From Azolla caroliniana (Eukaryota > Plantae > Polypodiophyta), in the NCBI GenBank assembly GCA_043228905.1, contig JBHGNT010000006.1:5766001-5830000 (forward strand): a stretch of 64,000 bases of DNA, in the 5' to 3' direction. The translations under genes and the position numbers were made by a program. The notes below the pieces were generated by a model. It was given only the letters and a program-made list of their open reading frames with translations, was not told where the DNA came from and did not search any database. Positions 1 to 15,200 of this stretch are shown one piece after another; position 1 is the first letter of the stretch, and every line of letters starts with the position of its first letter.

Positions 1-1049
1 CAAAGCTCACTATAAATCACCAAGAGAACTTCTTTTCTCAATCTATATGATAAGGATATTGTTTGTTGGATTCTTGCTTTGGATTCAGGTGAAGTGATCC
101 TTGACTTCAAATTAGGAAAGTAATATTACATCAACAGGTGATAATGAAAAGTAATGTGAAATATATCAAAAGAATAAATAAATAAATAAAATGATCAAGG
201 AAAATAAATATATCAAAAGATAAAATTACAACAATTCTGATTACATAGAAAATCACCAACTGCAGCTAAAGCAAAAATATTTAATGACTCTAATAAAAAA
301 TTGCTGATTACAAAGAAACTAACCAAATTCAGCAAAAGTATTTTAATTCAAAATAAATAGATACAATAGCTCTAACCCAAGGTGTAGGCTTCTAATGTGA
401 ATTTCTTTTGAACTTTTAAATATCCCAGAAAGCAGTTGCCTAATGCTATGTTCTTTAAAGGAAATATTTACTTTTACATGTACAGAGTTTTGCTGATATT
501 TAAAATGCTATAAATGTTTCTCATCTCACAGAAAATATTACACTCAATGTTTATTAATTTTTTTGAGAAGGGAAAGTGAGTGTTTTATAATTTGCAAGAG
601 TTCTTCTAGTCAAAACCAAAGTGCTTTAATTCATACCAGCTTTATATAATTATTCACTGTAGTATAAAACAATGTTTCTTTTTATTTCTTCATATAGATG
701 CCTTTGGCCCTTGTAAGCCAATTGACCAAGTACAAATCTTATTTTCATATAAATAGATATTCTTCATTATCATGTTCTTCATTTGGACCCTGAAATAGAA
801 AACAGGTAAAATCTGGGATGTGAAGAAACTTCTCTCCTGTTAAAGACTACAGAATGTCAGATCCAGCCATAGCACGTAAAATTGAATCCACTTCAATGAT
901 CATTCTGTAGTCCCCCAAAACAGGGCTATTGTTTTTGTTCACTCGTGCAGAATCACATGCTTAATTTCTGTATAAAATGAAAACTAAATTTATTGACCTG
1001 GAGCTTGATGGCTTAAAAAACTGATGTTCTGAAACTATTAATTTTGCAG

Positions 1050-4000
1050 GATGTAATTGTGCGAGGCTCAAAAACACTTCCATTGTACATGTATGTACAA
1101 AGAAAAGTCATCTTCGATCATTTTTGCCTTAAATATTACAAAATTTGAAGGATTGGCAAAGGTTTTATATTCTTGAGTGTTGGCAAAGTTAGGATGGCAG
1201 CACATTAGCATACTAAATTAAAATTTTATGCATTACAAACATGAATGCATGATAGGTTCCAGATTTGCAAATATCAAACATTTTATAATCAAACAATGCG
1301 ATGACAATGTCGTCAGGTTGTCAGAAATCTGCTTCTTACTATGTCATCTTATGCTTGCAGGAGATTGGTCGAATGTGAAGCACCTACAGCAATTGTTCTT
1401 CCAGTTGATGGAACAACATTGGCAGTGACTTTACGGGAAGGAGATATTTCTTGGAATGGTTTTTTGGCTAATGCTGAGAGCACAAGCAGGTAAATTTTGC
1501 TGCATGGAACTCAGAATTCACATTTTGAAGGAAATAAAGAAAGATATGTATTAAACAAATAAAAATGCCTATATTTTGTCACATTTAGTTCTCTTTGTTG
1601 CTTTTGAATATTCAATTGCTGAACTTGGTCTTGTTGAAAAGAAAATACCCTAGGAGAAGTATTAAAAGAACAGTAGTGAACACAATAGAAGAAAGAAGAC
1701 ATTGGGGGCCCTGTGGATTTTAATTTTAAAGACTTCTATTTTCCAATCATGATGGTGCAGATTGATTAAACTATGCACATTGTATCCCCAATATTTGAGT
1801 GTGAATCTAATACATTATGTGCATCTTAGAACTCTTTCCTTTATTAGCATTTGAACCCATAGGTTGTGATGCTCTCATAATGTGTATATAATGTCTTGTT
1901 GCTTTGATTGTAAGCTTGGCTACATGATAATTAGGTAGTCCTTACATCAACTGATTGTGATTGGAAGTCTTTTAAATGATAACACATAGACTTGAATCCT
2001 TTTGAGTTGGAAGTGTTAAGGAATTGAAAATTGGGGCAATGGAAACAGAATGAAGGTTACACAGTTCCAGAGAAGAGACGTAAAGTGGTGAATGGATCTT
2101 TTTTATGGTGTCCAATAAAATTACAAAATTAAATCCCGATTATGTCACAAACATATTGACATCTGATACTGAAAAAATTCAGATTTTCTATTTTGATTGA
2201 TTCAATCAATTATGCAATGCAAATACACATCTTATTAATTTGGTGGTTTTCTGAATATCAGCGTAGAAAATTACGAAGCTGTGCCTTTACCTGTAGATTC
2301 ATTTTCCAATATTCTTTTTTCATCTGGAACTACAGGTTGGTGTTCATCTCAAGAAAATTAATAATAAAGGCATTTCATTTTGAGATTTCTTTAATGTTTG
2401 CATGCTTGACTATGTAGGGGAACCGAAAGCAATTCCATGGACTCATTTGACTCCATTAAAGGCAGCTGCCGATGCTTGGGCCCATCATGATATCAGAGAT
2501 GGTGATGTGGTAGCATGGCCAACTAATCTGGGATGGATGATGGGACCATGGCTCATCTATGCTGCATTCTTCAATAATGCTAGCATAGCTTTATACAATG
2601 GATCTCCCCTTGGATCTGGATTTGTCAAATTTGTACAGGTACAATATTCTTGGATTAAATGTGTTAAATACCGAGGAGGTCGTGTTAATTGTAGAAAATG
2701 TTGTCTTAAAGTAAAGTTATTGCACCCTTTTGGCCGCAAGCTTTAATATCACTGCATGGTATGAGGCACTTGTGCAGCCATGGGTTTTGGTGAACCTCTT
2801 CTGTATCGTAATATATGTTGCATCCTTTTCTTTTAAAAAAGGAAATAAATTATTTGAAATGCTTTGACAAGCCTGTGGGTTCTTTCCATAAATAGGTTTC
2901 CCACATTTGAAATGTTTTGGACTATGGTAGATTACTTGTATTGTGTTTTATTTTTGCATTGTCTTCGCTATTTTTAAAATTTTAAGGTTTGGCCCAACAC
3001 TTGGCTTTCAATCTTTAACCATTATTAAAATTAGTAACTATAATTATTAAAATATGAATGCCCAAATGTGTTTGGATACAATGATTTTAAAAATGACTAC
3101 ATTTTTGCTGGAAAGTTAGAAATCTTTAAAATCCTCGGTTATACTCCAACCCTTGTGTCTGGTTTCTCTTTTATAGTTTGTGTTAGGGATAGATAACATG
3201 CAAACCATTTCGTTTAAGGTTTTCGAGGCGTAAATATAGCCCAAGATTGTATTGGAGTGATTGTCTGTCAAAATGTTTTAAGGGTTTCTTTGATGAATTA
3301 TAATCTGGAAATCATAACGTTACTTGTGATGGTGACCAGGATGCAAGAGTTACAATGCTTGGCTTGGTGCCTAGCCTAGTCAAGGGGTGGAGGCGCACAA
3401 TTGATGTTTTCAACTATGACTGGTCAAGTATCCGGTATGTATTGTAACTTGTGGCAATCCAGTTCCCTAGTAATATATGGCTCTTTTTGCTCTTGTTATC
3501 TAATGAATGTATGTCGATAATCATGCCATATCAGGTGCTTCAGCTCTAGTGGAGAGGCTTCAAATGAAGATGACTACCTATGGCTGATGGGAAGAGCATA
3601 CTATAAGCCAGTCATTGAGTACTGTGGAGGCACAGAAATTGGTGGAGCTTTTGCCACAGGATCATTGCTTCAGGCACAAGCACTTGCAACATTTAGCACA
3701 CCAGCAATGGGTTGCAAGTTGTTTCTTCTTGATTCAAATGGGAATCCTTTGGTCAGTTGAATGCCTTCCACTGCCAAATAATCATAGTTTCCTTCTACTT
3801 GAATGTGCTAGGGCCTTCTAGATTCATCATTTTTGCTGTTGCATGTTGTATGTCTGGCTGGACTAGCCACAACACATGTGTCTATCCGACACTTCTCCAA
3901 AGGGGTGGTAGGGATAGGATGTTAATACACGCGTATGATAATTACACTTAAGCACAGACGAAGACAAGAGCAATAAACATAAGCAAGACTATATTAATTC

Positions 4001-6103
4001 TTCGTAACTTCATTACAAAACATCGGATCCTTTTATAGGCATCCGGCCAGATTACAATCGGTGCTCTTAGGCAACCATCCGGATCGGTTACAACTACCGA
4101 ATCCGTCCCTCCTAATAATTCTATTCGTATTCTTTTCCTATTCTAGTTTGTAAATCTTCGTGTTTCCACATTAGTTTGCATTCTTTTCTTTAAGATGAAC
4201 CTTTTAGAAATTATTTCTTTTTGGAGGAATCTCGTTTTCTTCTTTAAGGTGACTCAGCTTACTAATCTGTTGAGTCTTAAAAGAACTCTCATTTTAGAAA
4301 GATCCCAAACCCATCATTTGTGGGGCTCTACTACACAAAGCTAATGGTATATCATGATTATGATCATCTCAATCAGAATCCCAATCTCAACTCTCGATCC
4401 AGAGAAGATATCATTCATGAATTCAAGAGATTTTTACATATCATTTTGTTTGGTTCACTCTCAAGATAATGGGCTGTTCACTTACTCCCCAGATTCAAGA
4501 GTAGCTTCTCACCTCAAAAAGATTTTACATATCTTGAAAGTGTGTTATTTGACAATTAGCAGGAATATCAAAGTATTTTTATGGAAATACACTCTGGAAA
4601 TCCCTTCTTATTTTAGTGTTACCTTGAGATGAATCTCCACGCAACACTCTAGGACACCTAAAGTAATGGTGTGCTCATGTAAATTGGTATGAACATAGAA
4701 TTCTAGGCACCAACCTGATACCAAACTTCCAGTTGTGGCTTCAATATCCAGCATGTACGGCTGAATGTTTACAGTTTGTGCACAATGTCTCTATATGAGC
4801 AATTTATTCACGCTTCATTGGGCTTGGCTTTCATGTTGGGTATTTTTAAGATATAGTATGTTGTGCTAACTCTTTATTGTTAATGTTTCAAGTCTAGCCT
4901 ATCTGAAAAATTATTGGAAATTGGGAAGCCAATCTCCTTGAGTGAGTGGTACACATAATTTATATATGTGTGTGTGTGTATATATATAGAGAGAGAGAGG
5001 TTGGTTTTTGTGTTTTTGCCAGCCTGATGGTGAACCTGGTGTGGGTGAGGTTGCTCTTGATCCACTCTTCTTTGGAGGCTCAAAAACATTGTTAAATGCA
5101 AACCATTACGATGTTTACTTCAATGGCATGCCATGTGTCAATGGATTGGTAATCAAATGTTTCGATTGGGCTGATTATGGTTCTCATCTAGTATTTTGGT
5201 TAGGTTGTAAATAAGCCACTTAAAAAGTTTGCAGAGGTTGAGAAGGCATGGAGATGAATTTGAGCTTACTATTGGAGGATTTTACCGAGCACATGGCCGT
5301 GTGGATGACACAATGAATTTAGGAGGCATCAAAGTATGTGATAATATTTCAGATTTTTCATTCCATTATGATTTATGAATCTCTAGGATATGTTTACTTA
5401 TGATGTTTTAGCATTCAAATTTTATATAGGTGAGCTCAATTGAGATAGAGAGAATATGCAATTCTGCCGATGCGAGCATTGTGGAAACTGCTGCCATAGG
5501 AGTACCTCAAGCAGGTGGGGGTCCTGAACAGCTTGTCATGGTAGTGGTGTTAAAGGCGGGTTCTGATGCTGGTACTAACGAAGAGTTAAAGCGGATTTTC
5601 AATTCAGCCATTCAACGAAAATTGAATCCTCTCTTCAAGGTATGTATATATTAGGAAAAACTACAAAATGCCCCTCACTTTTTGTTATTCCCACCCACAT
5701 GTTCTTTGTCCAACCTCCTCTCAAGTACTCAAATTATGTGTGATATTTGAGCAATATATGGTCAATTCATCACATTTTCTATCTTTCAAGGGTTGATCAG
5801 ATGCATTTGAGGAAATAACAAAAACTTAGGGGTATTTCAGAGGATTTTTTCTATACATTATACACCTCATTATGTTTCAGCAATATGATAATCCTATTTT
5901 TGTATGCACTGAATAAGCATACCATATTACATTGTTTTTTTATTTGGAAGGTTGAATGAGCATAGCAAACTACCAAATTACAATACTGGTTGATTCAACA
6001 GGTTGCGTTGGTAGTAGTTACAGATCTCCTACCTCGAACTGCTTCCAACAAGATCATGAGGAGAATGCTTCGGACTCAATTCGGAAGTATGAATAAGCTC
6101 TGA
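1050..6103 (+). CDS. Acyl-activating enzyme (AAE17/AAE18-like, AMP-binding superfamily); 3' part only, upstream exons not identified and probably outside the window
   Basis: GT-AG exons join in frame: 1050-1090, 1361-1489, 2262-2335, 2418-2638, 3340-3434, 3535-3751, 5023-5148, 5235-5333, 5430-5639, 6002-6103. AMP-binding motif [15 protein letters not shown], then [36 protein letters not shown] and [12 protein letters not shown]. Ends in ...MNKL*. Confidence 0.92.
3920..4650 (-). mobile_element. Possible solo LTR in AAE intron
   Basis: The 1.27 kb intron (3752-5022) contains a segment starting TGTTAAT (3920) and ending near GCAACA (4646), with a reverse-strand TATA-like motif (ttttatagg, ~4031). 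No clean target-site duplication was found. Confidence 0.25.
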
Positions 6104-9100
6104 TTTTTCATACAATGCCACCTGGTAAAGGAAAAGTTGTCTATTGAGGGACATTTTGGAGTTTATAACTTGAAATGTTTCTTGCAATGAACAATCTATA
6201 AAGGTGTGTGAGTATAATGTATGTATGTTACGAGATGTATGACTTCCCATCTGTATTTTTTATATTGGAAATTTTATGAAATTATTCTTTATAAATAAAT
6301 GTGCATTTGTTTAACATTCTCGATAAATATGTCAATCTTTGTACCCATCTGGATTCTATTCGGTTACAAATATAAGAAAAGCATAGGCTGTTCTCGGGGC
6401 TGTAATTCTGAAACAAAATGTTTATTCTTTTATGTGTGATTGTTGTCTCTACTGATGGATAGTCTCAAATGCAAATAGGATAGAGAATCAGCATGATAAG
6501 GAGAGATTAATGCCCCTACTACGATGGCTATGATGAATTAACCATGTCCAAATATCTTCCCTAGGTTAAGCTTTTAGGTTCAATATCCCAGCTTGAAAAT
6601 AAAACATGTCCTTCATAATATTAGGTGAGCCAAGTCTATGAATGTTTCATTGCTTGGCCAAACACAAACATAGATTAGGGTTTTAACGAGAACATTTGTT
6701 TTGTAAATTGTATAAGCTTCAAATTATTTTATTGAGTGCTAATACTAGGATAATGGCAATCAAACTATTGTACAATCCATTGACTCGAGCCATTTGAGCA
6801 ATCATCGTCAATAATAATGACTATGGTGGTAATAGAATTGAAGATTTCACAATCAGATGAATAACGTTTCCTTCTTTTGCTTAAATATGTGTGTTATGTG
6901 GAGTCTTACCATAATCTATATGGATATCAAACAAAATATTAAAATCATTTGACATTGCAGAACTTTGTTATGTCTATGCCTCTCTCTTTGTTCATTTCAA
7001 GATTTTCTATATGATCTTAGCTATTATCTTAACATAATCAATTAAATTGAGAACTTGAGAATATATAATTAAACTTGTTGATCATCTATTGATTTTCATT
7101 GTCTGTGTATGGATCTTCTCTTTTGTGTCGTAAACTTATCAATCAAGTATTGAAATAAGGCGATTGGTATAGCAGGCCCAAATGGTCAAATGGTTCAAGA
7201 TGTGATTGGAATTGTGAATAGATATAGCATGTGATGAAATGAGGAGGCTAAATTACTAAGAGAATCATCAATACTAACGCATCTTGTAGCATTTCAAAAA
7301 TGCATTGATGAAAAACCATTGGGTTTGAAGAATGAGATAAAATAGATATTGAGATTTTTCATGCGACGTATTGTAGATAAGGGAACCCTTGAATAGTGCT
7401 CAATTATGTTTCCATCCACTCCTTTGAACTATAATAGAATTTTAGTATCATAACTATAAACACATAGTTTCCTATGCTTAGAATGTGTTCTTTACACAAG
7501 GCTTTGTATATCCTCTTGCCTATCGCACTAGTTCATGGTGTAGGAAGACGACAAAATGTTTCAGGAAAAATACATTTGCAAAAGCAAGAAGAATCATGGC
7601 AGGTGTTGCGAATGGAGGATGGAGATAAGAGGACATTTAACTCACCACACATGTACGCCTTCATTTCTACTTCATGCAAGGGATTACTTCAAATTTACAT
7701 CCTTTACATTGTGCTAGAATATTGTTGCATTCGATTCTAATGTGTCATAAGAAAAAAGGCACTTATAGCAATATAGAGTTGTATAAAGCAAACACCCTAA
7801 TTATTGCATGACATGAGGAAACAACGTTATATCAAGAATCGAAATCCATGAACACATGAATAAAGGTATAACACCATGTCTAGCTTTAGTGTAAAAGGGT
7901 TAGAATTACTTCCTTTTAAGGAGAATCCTTAAGAGAAATGTTGTCTCCAACCATTCAGAAAATTATTCGATGTTCATAATAAATTTATTATAGTGAAGAA
8001 GTATAGACATAATATATAATCTCCTCCATGATGGCAATGTTGTTACTATGGTCCTTCACGTTCATAGGGCTATGTTTAGTTTGTCACAACATAGAGTGCT
8101 TGCTTGGCTCTACCTTAGAGGAATCATTCAAACTAAATCTCACAGTAAGAGAAGCCTCATTCACAAAAACATGTGCCACTCGACAAACTGCAAGTAATAT
8201 GTACTCGACCAAAGTAAACATCAATAGGATGTATTCTCTTACTGTTGAGTTATTATACTCTTTATATCCACTTATGAAAATCGTCCATCTCGCTTCATTT
8301 CCTATGTTAAGTGAATACCTTATAACTCAAACTTTTGCATTAATATTATTCCCTGAATGGTTGATGTGCAAAGCAAGTTGAAATGAAACCAATCTAGAAA
8401 AGCATTACCCTAACTTGTCATACCAATGTATAAATGTTGTAATTCATCTAGTGAACTCGTCTAGACCCACTTCATTTTTCATGGTAATAGGATACATCAT
8501 AACACAAACTTCTTGCATCTTATCCCCTTAACGACTTCTAAGCCATGAGAACTTGAAATGTCAATAAACCAATATAACATGCCCAAACTTCTCATATCAT
8601 TGTTTAATGCTTGCTATTCACTCGAGACTATTAGTGAGCTAACATATAAAAACAAGCAACAACTATGTTGCATGGCATAGGGACTACGTAAAGAAGTTAA
8701 CGATGATCCTTAGGTCTTTATCATATTTTGTCTACACATATCCCTGCTTGCCCATTGGATATATATTCTATCAAGGTTCGAAAATTTGGCCGGGACGAGA
8801 ATCCCACATATATATTTGCGGCCAATGTGGTTTGATGCCACAACGACATGGATTTCCATCTAGGCAGTAAGTTTAGCATCAACATCTGAGCCTAGCATGT
8901 CCTTCCTTCCCGTCTTGAGTGGCATGAGTATCATGTGACAGTCTGATCAGTTTCAAAATGGTACGAGCGGAATACAACGCAAACTCAAACCTCTCGAGAT
9001 CATTGGCATTCGAGTTTTAAGTGTCTGAATGGAAAGCCCATTCTTTGGTAATGAGATTGTGTGAAAGGCTCCTTCTTCTCTAGATTCTCTTTGGTTTTTA

Positions 9101-9282
9101 ACCATTGTCAAATCCCTCTTGTTAATCTCCAATAGTGTGAAAACCTTCCTTCTTTCACAGTCTTTCTTCTTCCTCCTTCTCCTGAGAGATCTATCTGGGG
9201 TCCCATCATCTATTCGCAATCGTTCTTCTCTGATCTCTCCAATCCCCCGTACTTCGACTGGGAGATTCTTCTCTTCTCGATC

Positions 9283-12200
9283 ATGGGGACTCGATTAAGG
9301 TAGCTCTATGATCTGATCTTTTCTATTTGTTTCAAAGTGTTTATGAAATTTGAATTTTTAGGTTAAAGCTCTGTCAAAGAGTCATGGATACTGAACAGAT
9401 TCCGTTATCAATCGAATGGATCAGCTGAAAAACCCTTTATTTTCTGTGCTTTTAATTCCATTTTGATTGTAAATATGAGCAATACGAAGCTCATCAAGAT
9501 GACTAGTCTTTAGATGGGTTATGTTAAAATTCAAGCATTTTTTTAGATAGTTTATGTGAAAAATTTCAATGCATTTACTTAGATGTAGTATGTGAAATTT
9601 GGACTATAAATTATAGTGTAATCGGAACAAAAACACTTGCAATCTACTAGATTTTGTACCTTTTTTACGCAAGTACAATACAGAGACAGATGAAGCATAA
9701 ATAACACGTAATTTTATGATTACTGGGGAAATATCGGATCGGATCTGTTTGATCTGATTGTCTCCTGATGTTATTTACACTGGTTTAACATGTACTAGGT
9801 TTTATGGGCAGCTACAATATCAGTTTTCTTGGGTCATTTTATGCACCTAAATGATTATTGGATCAGATGGATATGATTCTTTCCAGACGAGAATGCATTC
9901 TTAGACAGTGATAATGTCATGTACCACTTTATTGATCAGGGGATACCTCTTCCAATGAATCATATGCAGTTTAACCTATCATGATGAAGAGTTTCAAAGA
10001 GTCAAACTGTGATATCTATCTGCCATCATAATATGCCAGTTGATGACGTGATTAGTGATGCCATATCTATGCGTGATGAAGTTGATGATAATCCAGATCT
10101 CAAGATTTGCACTTTAGACTAGCAGAATATGATGATACATGTTTACACCTGGCTGTTTTTTATTGTAACAAATTGTCTTTACTTCTGTTGCTTTTTTTGT
10201 ATGTTTTGGGAAATCTCTTTACTTTTTAAATGTGTACATCTGAAATGTTTTGTCTGGTAATGAATCTATATGTAGAAATTTCTATATATGCATGAATATA
10301 TGTATGTACTAAGCATGAATTTTTAACTTTTGGCCCTCTGATTGGAAATTTCACTATGAATTCCATAGCATAGTATTATTCTTTTTGCACACATATAAGT
10401 TAGAATCTAGTGAACACCTTTATCAATATACCAGATAATGCCCATCAAAACTAGTGTTTAGATTCCATTAAGGCCTGAACTTGTCACTTCTCTTTGGCAG
10501 TAATTAGAGGGATGAATCAAGGATTTTCTTCAGTGTGTAAAATTGATCATATTTGCTGCACTTTTAATGCTCAAAGTTTCAGTCGAGTTCCTGACTCTAG
10601 CGTGTACTGGAAACCCTATTCTCCTAACGAATTCTTGACATAAATGTCATATAATCATCCTAGACGGATATCATTAACAAGAAATGAATTTGGTTGCTTC
10701 TTAGTTTAGAATACGGATTTACAACCAAATTGCTGAAAATTGCATGCAGATGTGGATTTTTATGGAAATGTTATTGCAATTTTTATTTTGTTTAATCAGG
10801 GATATGATACGAGCAATAAGAGCATGTAAAACGGCAGCTGAAGAACGGGCAGTTATAAAAAAAGAATGTGCCGCGCTGCGCACAGCTTTTAATGAGAATG
10901 ATCAGAGTTATAGTCACCGGAATTTGTCAAAGCTTATGTTCATACATATGCTTGGCTATCCGACACACTTTGGACAAATGGAGTGCCTTAAGCTGATTGC
11001 TTCTTCAGGATTTCCAGAAAAACGGATAGGTTATCTTGGTTTGATGTTGCTTCTAGATGAACGACAGGAAGTGCTAATGCTGGTGACAAATTCATTGAAA
11101 AAGTGAGTTAAGAATGTGCTCCACAGTTGATGATATATAATTTTGACTTGGATATAAACTATTTAATCTTTGCAATTTAACAATGGCAGTGATCTCAACC
11201 ATAGTAACCAATTTATCGTTGGCCTTGCTCTTTGTGCCTTGGGAAATATCTGTTCAGCTGAAATGGCTCGTGATCTTGCTGGCGAAGTTGAAAAGCTTCT
11301 TCAAAGCAACAATTCCTATATCAGAAAGAAGGTAAAGACACTTCAATGTTCCTAAATTTTATCTCTGTTCTGTTTTGGTTTTATCTATGCATCTAATCAC
11401 ACAATAAACATTGGGCTCATTTTCTTTATGACAAATGTGTTATCTATGTCATTCATTTTATAAGTAGGACGTTATATAAATGCAGAGCTCATGGTTTCAT
11501 GTCTTATGAGCAAGCACACTTTGTTAATTCTGTGTATTGATTACAGGCAGCTTTATGTTCAGTACGCATATTGCGAAAAGTACCTGATCTTGCAGACAAT
11601 TATGTAGACCCAGCAACTACATTGCTCTCTGATAAACATCACGGAGCTCTTATTTCAGGAGTGAGGCTATGTATAGAATTATGCAAGTCAAATACCGCCG
11701 CATTGGAACACTTTCGAAAGGTAAAGAATCTATAAACTTTACTAGCACATTGATTTATGCTAATTTCCAGATTGATCTGGAAAGTGATAGATTGCCTAGT
11801 GCTGTGTGTCATTGAAAATCTTTATTAGTGTTTGTTTCTCAATGATATGGTTTTTGAAGTGGTATATAAATGAAAAACACACGATGAATCCCTCAAATCA
11901 TACCCTACGGACACTTGAATCTTATATTACAAGGGTAAATCATATCCTACTGGGACTTGGATACAACATTCAGGAAATCTGAAAGGCTGAAAGGTCATGC
12001 TTACTATCAGAACGTCATACTCAACCGTAATCATATGCATATGAATGTGACCTCTGGGATCTATGGATAACTTTTCCAGACAATCAGAGAATGGAATACA
12101 GATCCAGACTCGATAGTCTATAGATGAGGGACCCATCGAAGGTCCCACTTACATGTGTTCATAATGGACTCCAAGATACTCGCATTGATGCCTGCCATCA

Positions 12201-15200
12201 TGCACCCCCCAATTACAGTACTGATATTATCGAGAAGATACAAAAAAATAATGCATTGGATATTCATGTCTTGCTAAATGATGGAAACACAATATATTCC
12301 AGGATGGCACAGACATCACCCAGTTATTAGATTAGATTAGTTTTCTTATCATCCACGAGGAGGCCAAATTTGGCATATGGGTCTGAATAAATGCATCATC
12401 TTGTATGGGACTCCTTCCTAATATGGGGGGTTACTTCTCTATAGTAAAAAATCTAAATGTGAAAATAATGCACTCACTTATGTGCTCACCCTTCTTGGTG
12501 GAGATTTGAGTATGGCACTTAAATTATCATGGCTGTCTAACAATTCAATGTACTTCTCGCAAATTGCATTAAATGCTGAGCATGTGAGAAGGACATTCTA
12601 CGTCCGTGGGCTTTTGTTGCATACCTTGCATATCATCATACTATGGTGATGATACCATGATGCTATCTCAGCGCCTAACTTGTGTGAGGAAGTTCGAAGA
12701 AGTGCAAGGGCTGTCCCAAGAGCAAAGGCTCATGGGGATAGTAAGATGTGGTTGGATATGTTCTGGCATATTTCACCTTGTATTGGGGCCAATGTTGAGA
12801 GTAGAGATGGGTTGAGAGTTACCTAAAAGGATTACATTGGATGCTTCTTTAATGATAAATCCAAGGATAGGGCTTAGAATAATTTGTTGTTTGCCTTGAA
12901 CCAAAAGTAATAAAACAGATGCATTTTACTTTTTCATACCTATGCTGTGTTGGCAGAGATGGAGGTGTAAGATAATATGTAGGCTAGCACAGTAGGTGGC
13001 AAATCACTTGATGAGTTTAGTCTGGAGAAACACTGAAATTCATCAAGAACCCCATCCTCTATAAACAATGTGAACAATGATAACAGGAATTAAAAAGTGG
13101 GCAAAATATGTGATTCAGCTGTTTAATTGGAAGATCAACTAATTTCTTCGAAATACCAATTTTTAACATGATGAGATATTGAATGGATTGGATTTGTTAA
13201 CAATGCACTTCAATAGTTTAAAAGCTAAAATATCTTGTCCATAAGTATCTAAAATGCCTATCTTAACATAAAAACTAAATGCTTAAAAAGGCTAATATCA
13301 TGGGTGACAACGATGGCCCCTGATTGATTAAGGTAATTTAGAATCAAGGGTCAGATGCGCTAGGCTATATACTGTTTTTGGAACCTTTCCTGACCATTAC
13401 TCTTTCTTGTGCAGCAAACATCAGCTGTTGTACGCACATTAAAAAACATGCTTACAAGTGGCTATACACATGAATATGATGTGAATGGCATTACAGATCC
13501 GTTCCTTCAGATTCGACTACTAAGGCTTCTTCAGCTTGTTGGACATAATGATTCTAACTCAAGTGACATCATGAGTGACGTTCTTGCACAAGTATGAATT
13601 ATGACCCCTCTGCTATTGTTTCCTCTCCTAACATTTAAAATTATGTTGTATTTTTTTCACTAGCTTAATTAGTCTGATTATTTATAATTAGGACATAGTG
13701 AAGCATCTAATAGTTTAGATGCAGCTCCATATATGAAGCCACCCTATACTTAGGATCAAGATATGTTCTTATGGATGTAAACTTGCATGGCAGGTGGCTA
13801 CAAATACTGAATCCAATAAGAATGTCGGAAATGCTATCCTTTATGAATGTGTACAGACAATTATGGGTATTGAAGCTACAAGTGGGCTTCGAGTGCTAGC
13901 TGTTAATATTCTTGGCCGTTTTTTGTCAAATCGTGACAACAATATCAGGTTCATATTTATCCTTTCCATTTATGTTAGATTGCTGCTTTTACGAAATAAA
14001 ATTGGAATCACTCAACTTCTTAACTTTAATAGGATTTCTGTGGTTCTTTAATATTGATGGCTGCAGAGTTTTTTGTTCTTCAGATATATTGCATTAAATA
14101 TGCTTCTCAGGGTAGTTTCGGTGGATACACAAGCAGTTCAAAGACATCGAACAACTATAGTTGAATGTGTGAAGGTATACCACTAACCTATTGAAGTACG
14201 CAAGCTTACAGAATGATACCTGTAATTGTGGTAGATAAAAGCTTATCTTAGATTACACAAATGAGAATTCATGTGAAGGTTGGACATTTTGTGCTGAATA
14301 TGCCCTTTCAATTGCTCTAATTTTAGTAGCCTTATAGGAAGAATTTTAAAGTGAAACATTAAAAATTATGGCTTTGAATCTCAATATGGTCTGGCTCCTG
14401 AAATCAGTATGTGCATCTTTCTGTTATTTCATTCCACTTCAAACTCCAATGTCACAGATTTTGCACAAGTTGCTGCATGTGCATGATGCATGATGCGGGC
14501 ATGCAACAATAAACAAAGTTAACATAGTGCCATTATTTCTTCTGTTATGCTTTTGGCTGTTAGGTTTTCTTCTGACTTAAAGATGTATTGATATTTTTCT
14601 TTCCATGTGTCGATAAAAACAGGATACAGATATCTCAATCCGACAAAGGGCATTAGAGCTAGTGTATGCCTTGGTCAATAAAAGTAATGTAAAAGCATTG
14701 ACAAAGGAACTTCTGGGGCATCTGAAAACAAGTGATTCTGATTTCAAAGATCTTTTAACTGCTAAGATATGCTCTATTGTGGAGAAGTGAGAAAATTGAC
14801 ATTTCAAGATATGCTGATGTCTATTTTTACCCTTATGATAATTTTCTATTTTCTATGTTTGTGTTATCCAGGTTTTCCCCAGACAAAATTTGGTATATAG
14901 ATCAGATGATAAAAGTTCTGGCAGAGGTATTTTCTTGGGCTATTCCTTACAAATTGCATAGTTATAAAACTAGCAATGGTTTGGCTCCTAATCATGAGCA
15001 TTTTTTTCATCCTCTAACACAGCTGTTTAAAGTGGTTGATGCTTTCTTTACTTCATTCCTGAACCTATAGCTGCAAAATTCAGCATTGGAAATTTTTACC
15101 CACTTGAAATAGAAAAGATAGAAAGTACAAAGAATAAAATTTGCTACATGCTACACAACAATGTGTGTAGATGTTCCAGCCAAGCCTTCAGACAGTAGAA

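Noticed and set aside
7900-8700. Possible copia RT/RNase H relic on the - strand
   Set aside because: Only faint motif resemblance; too decayed to support by eye.
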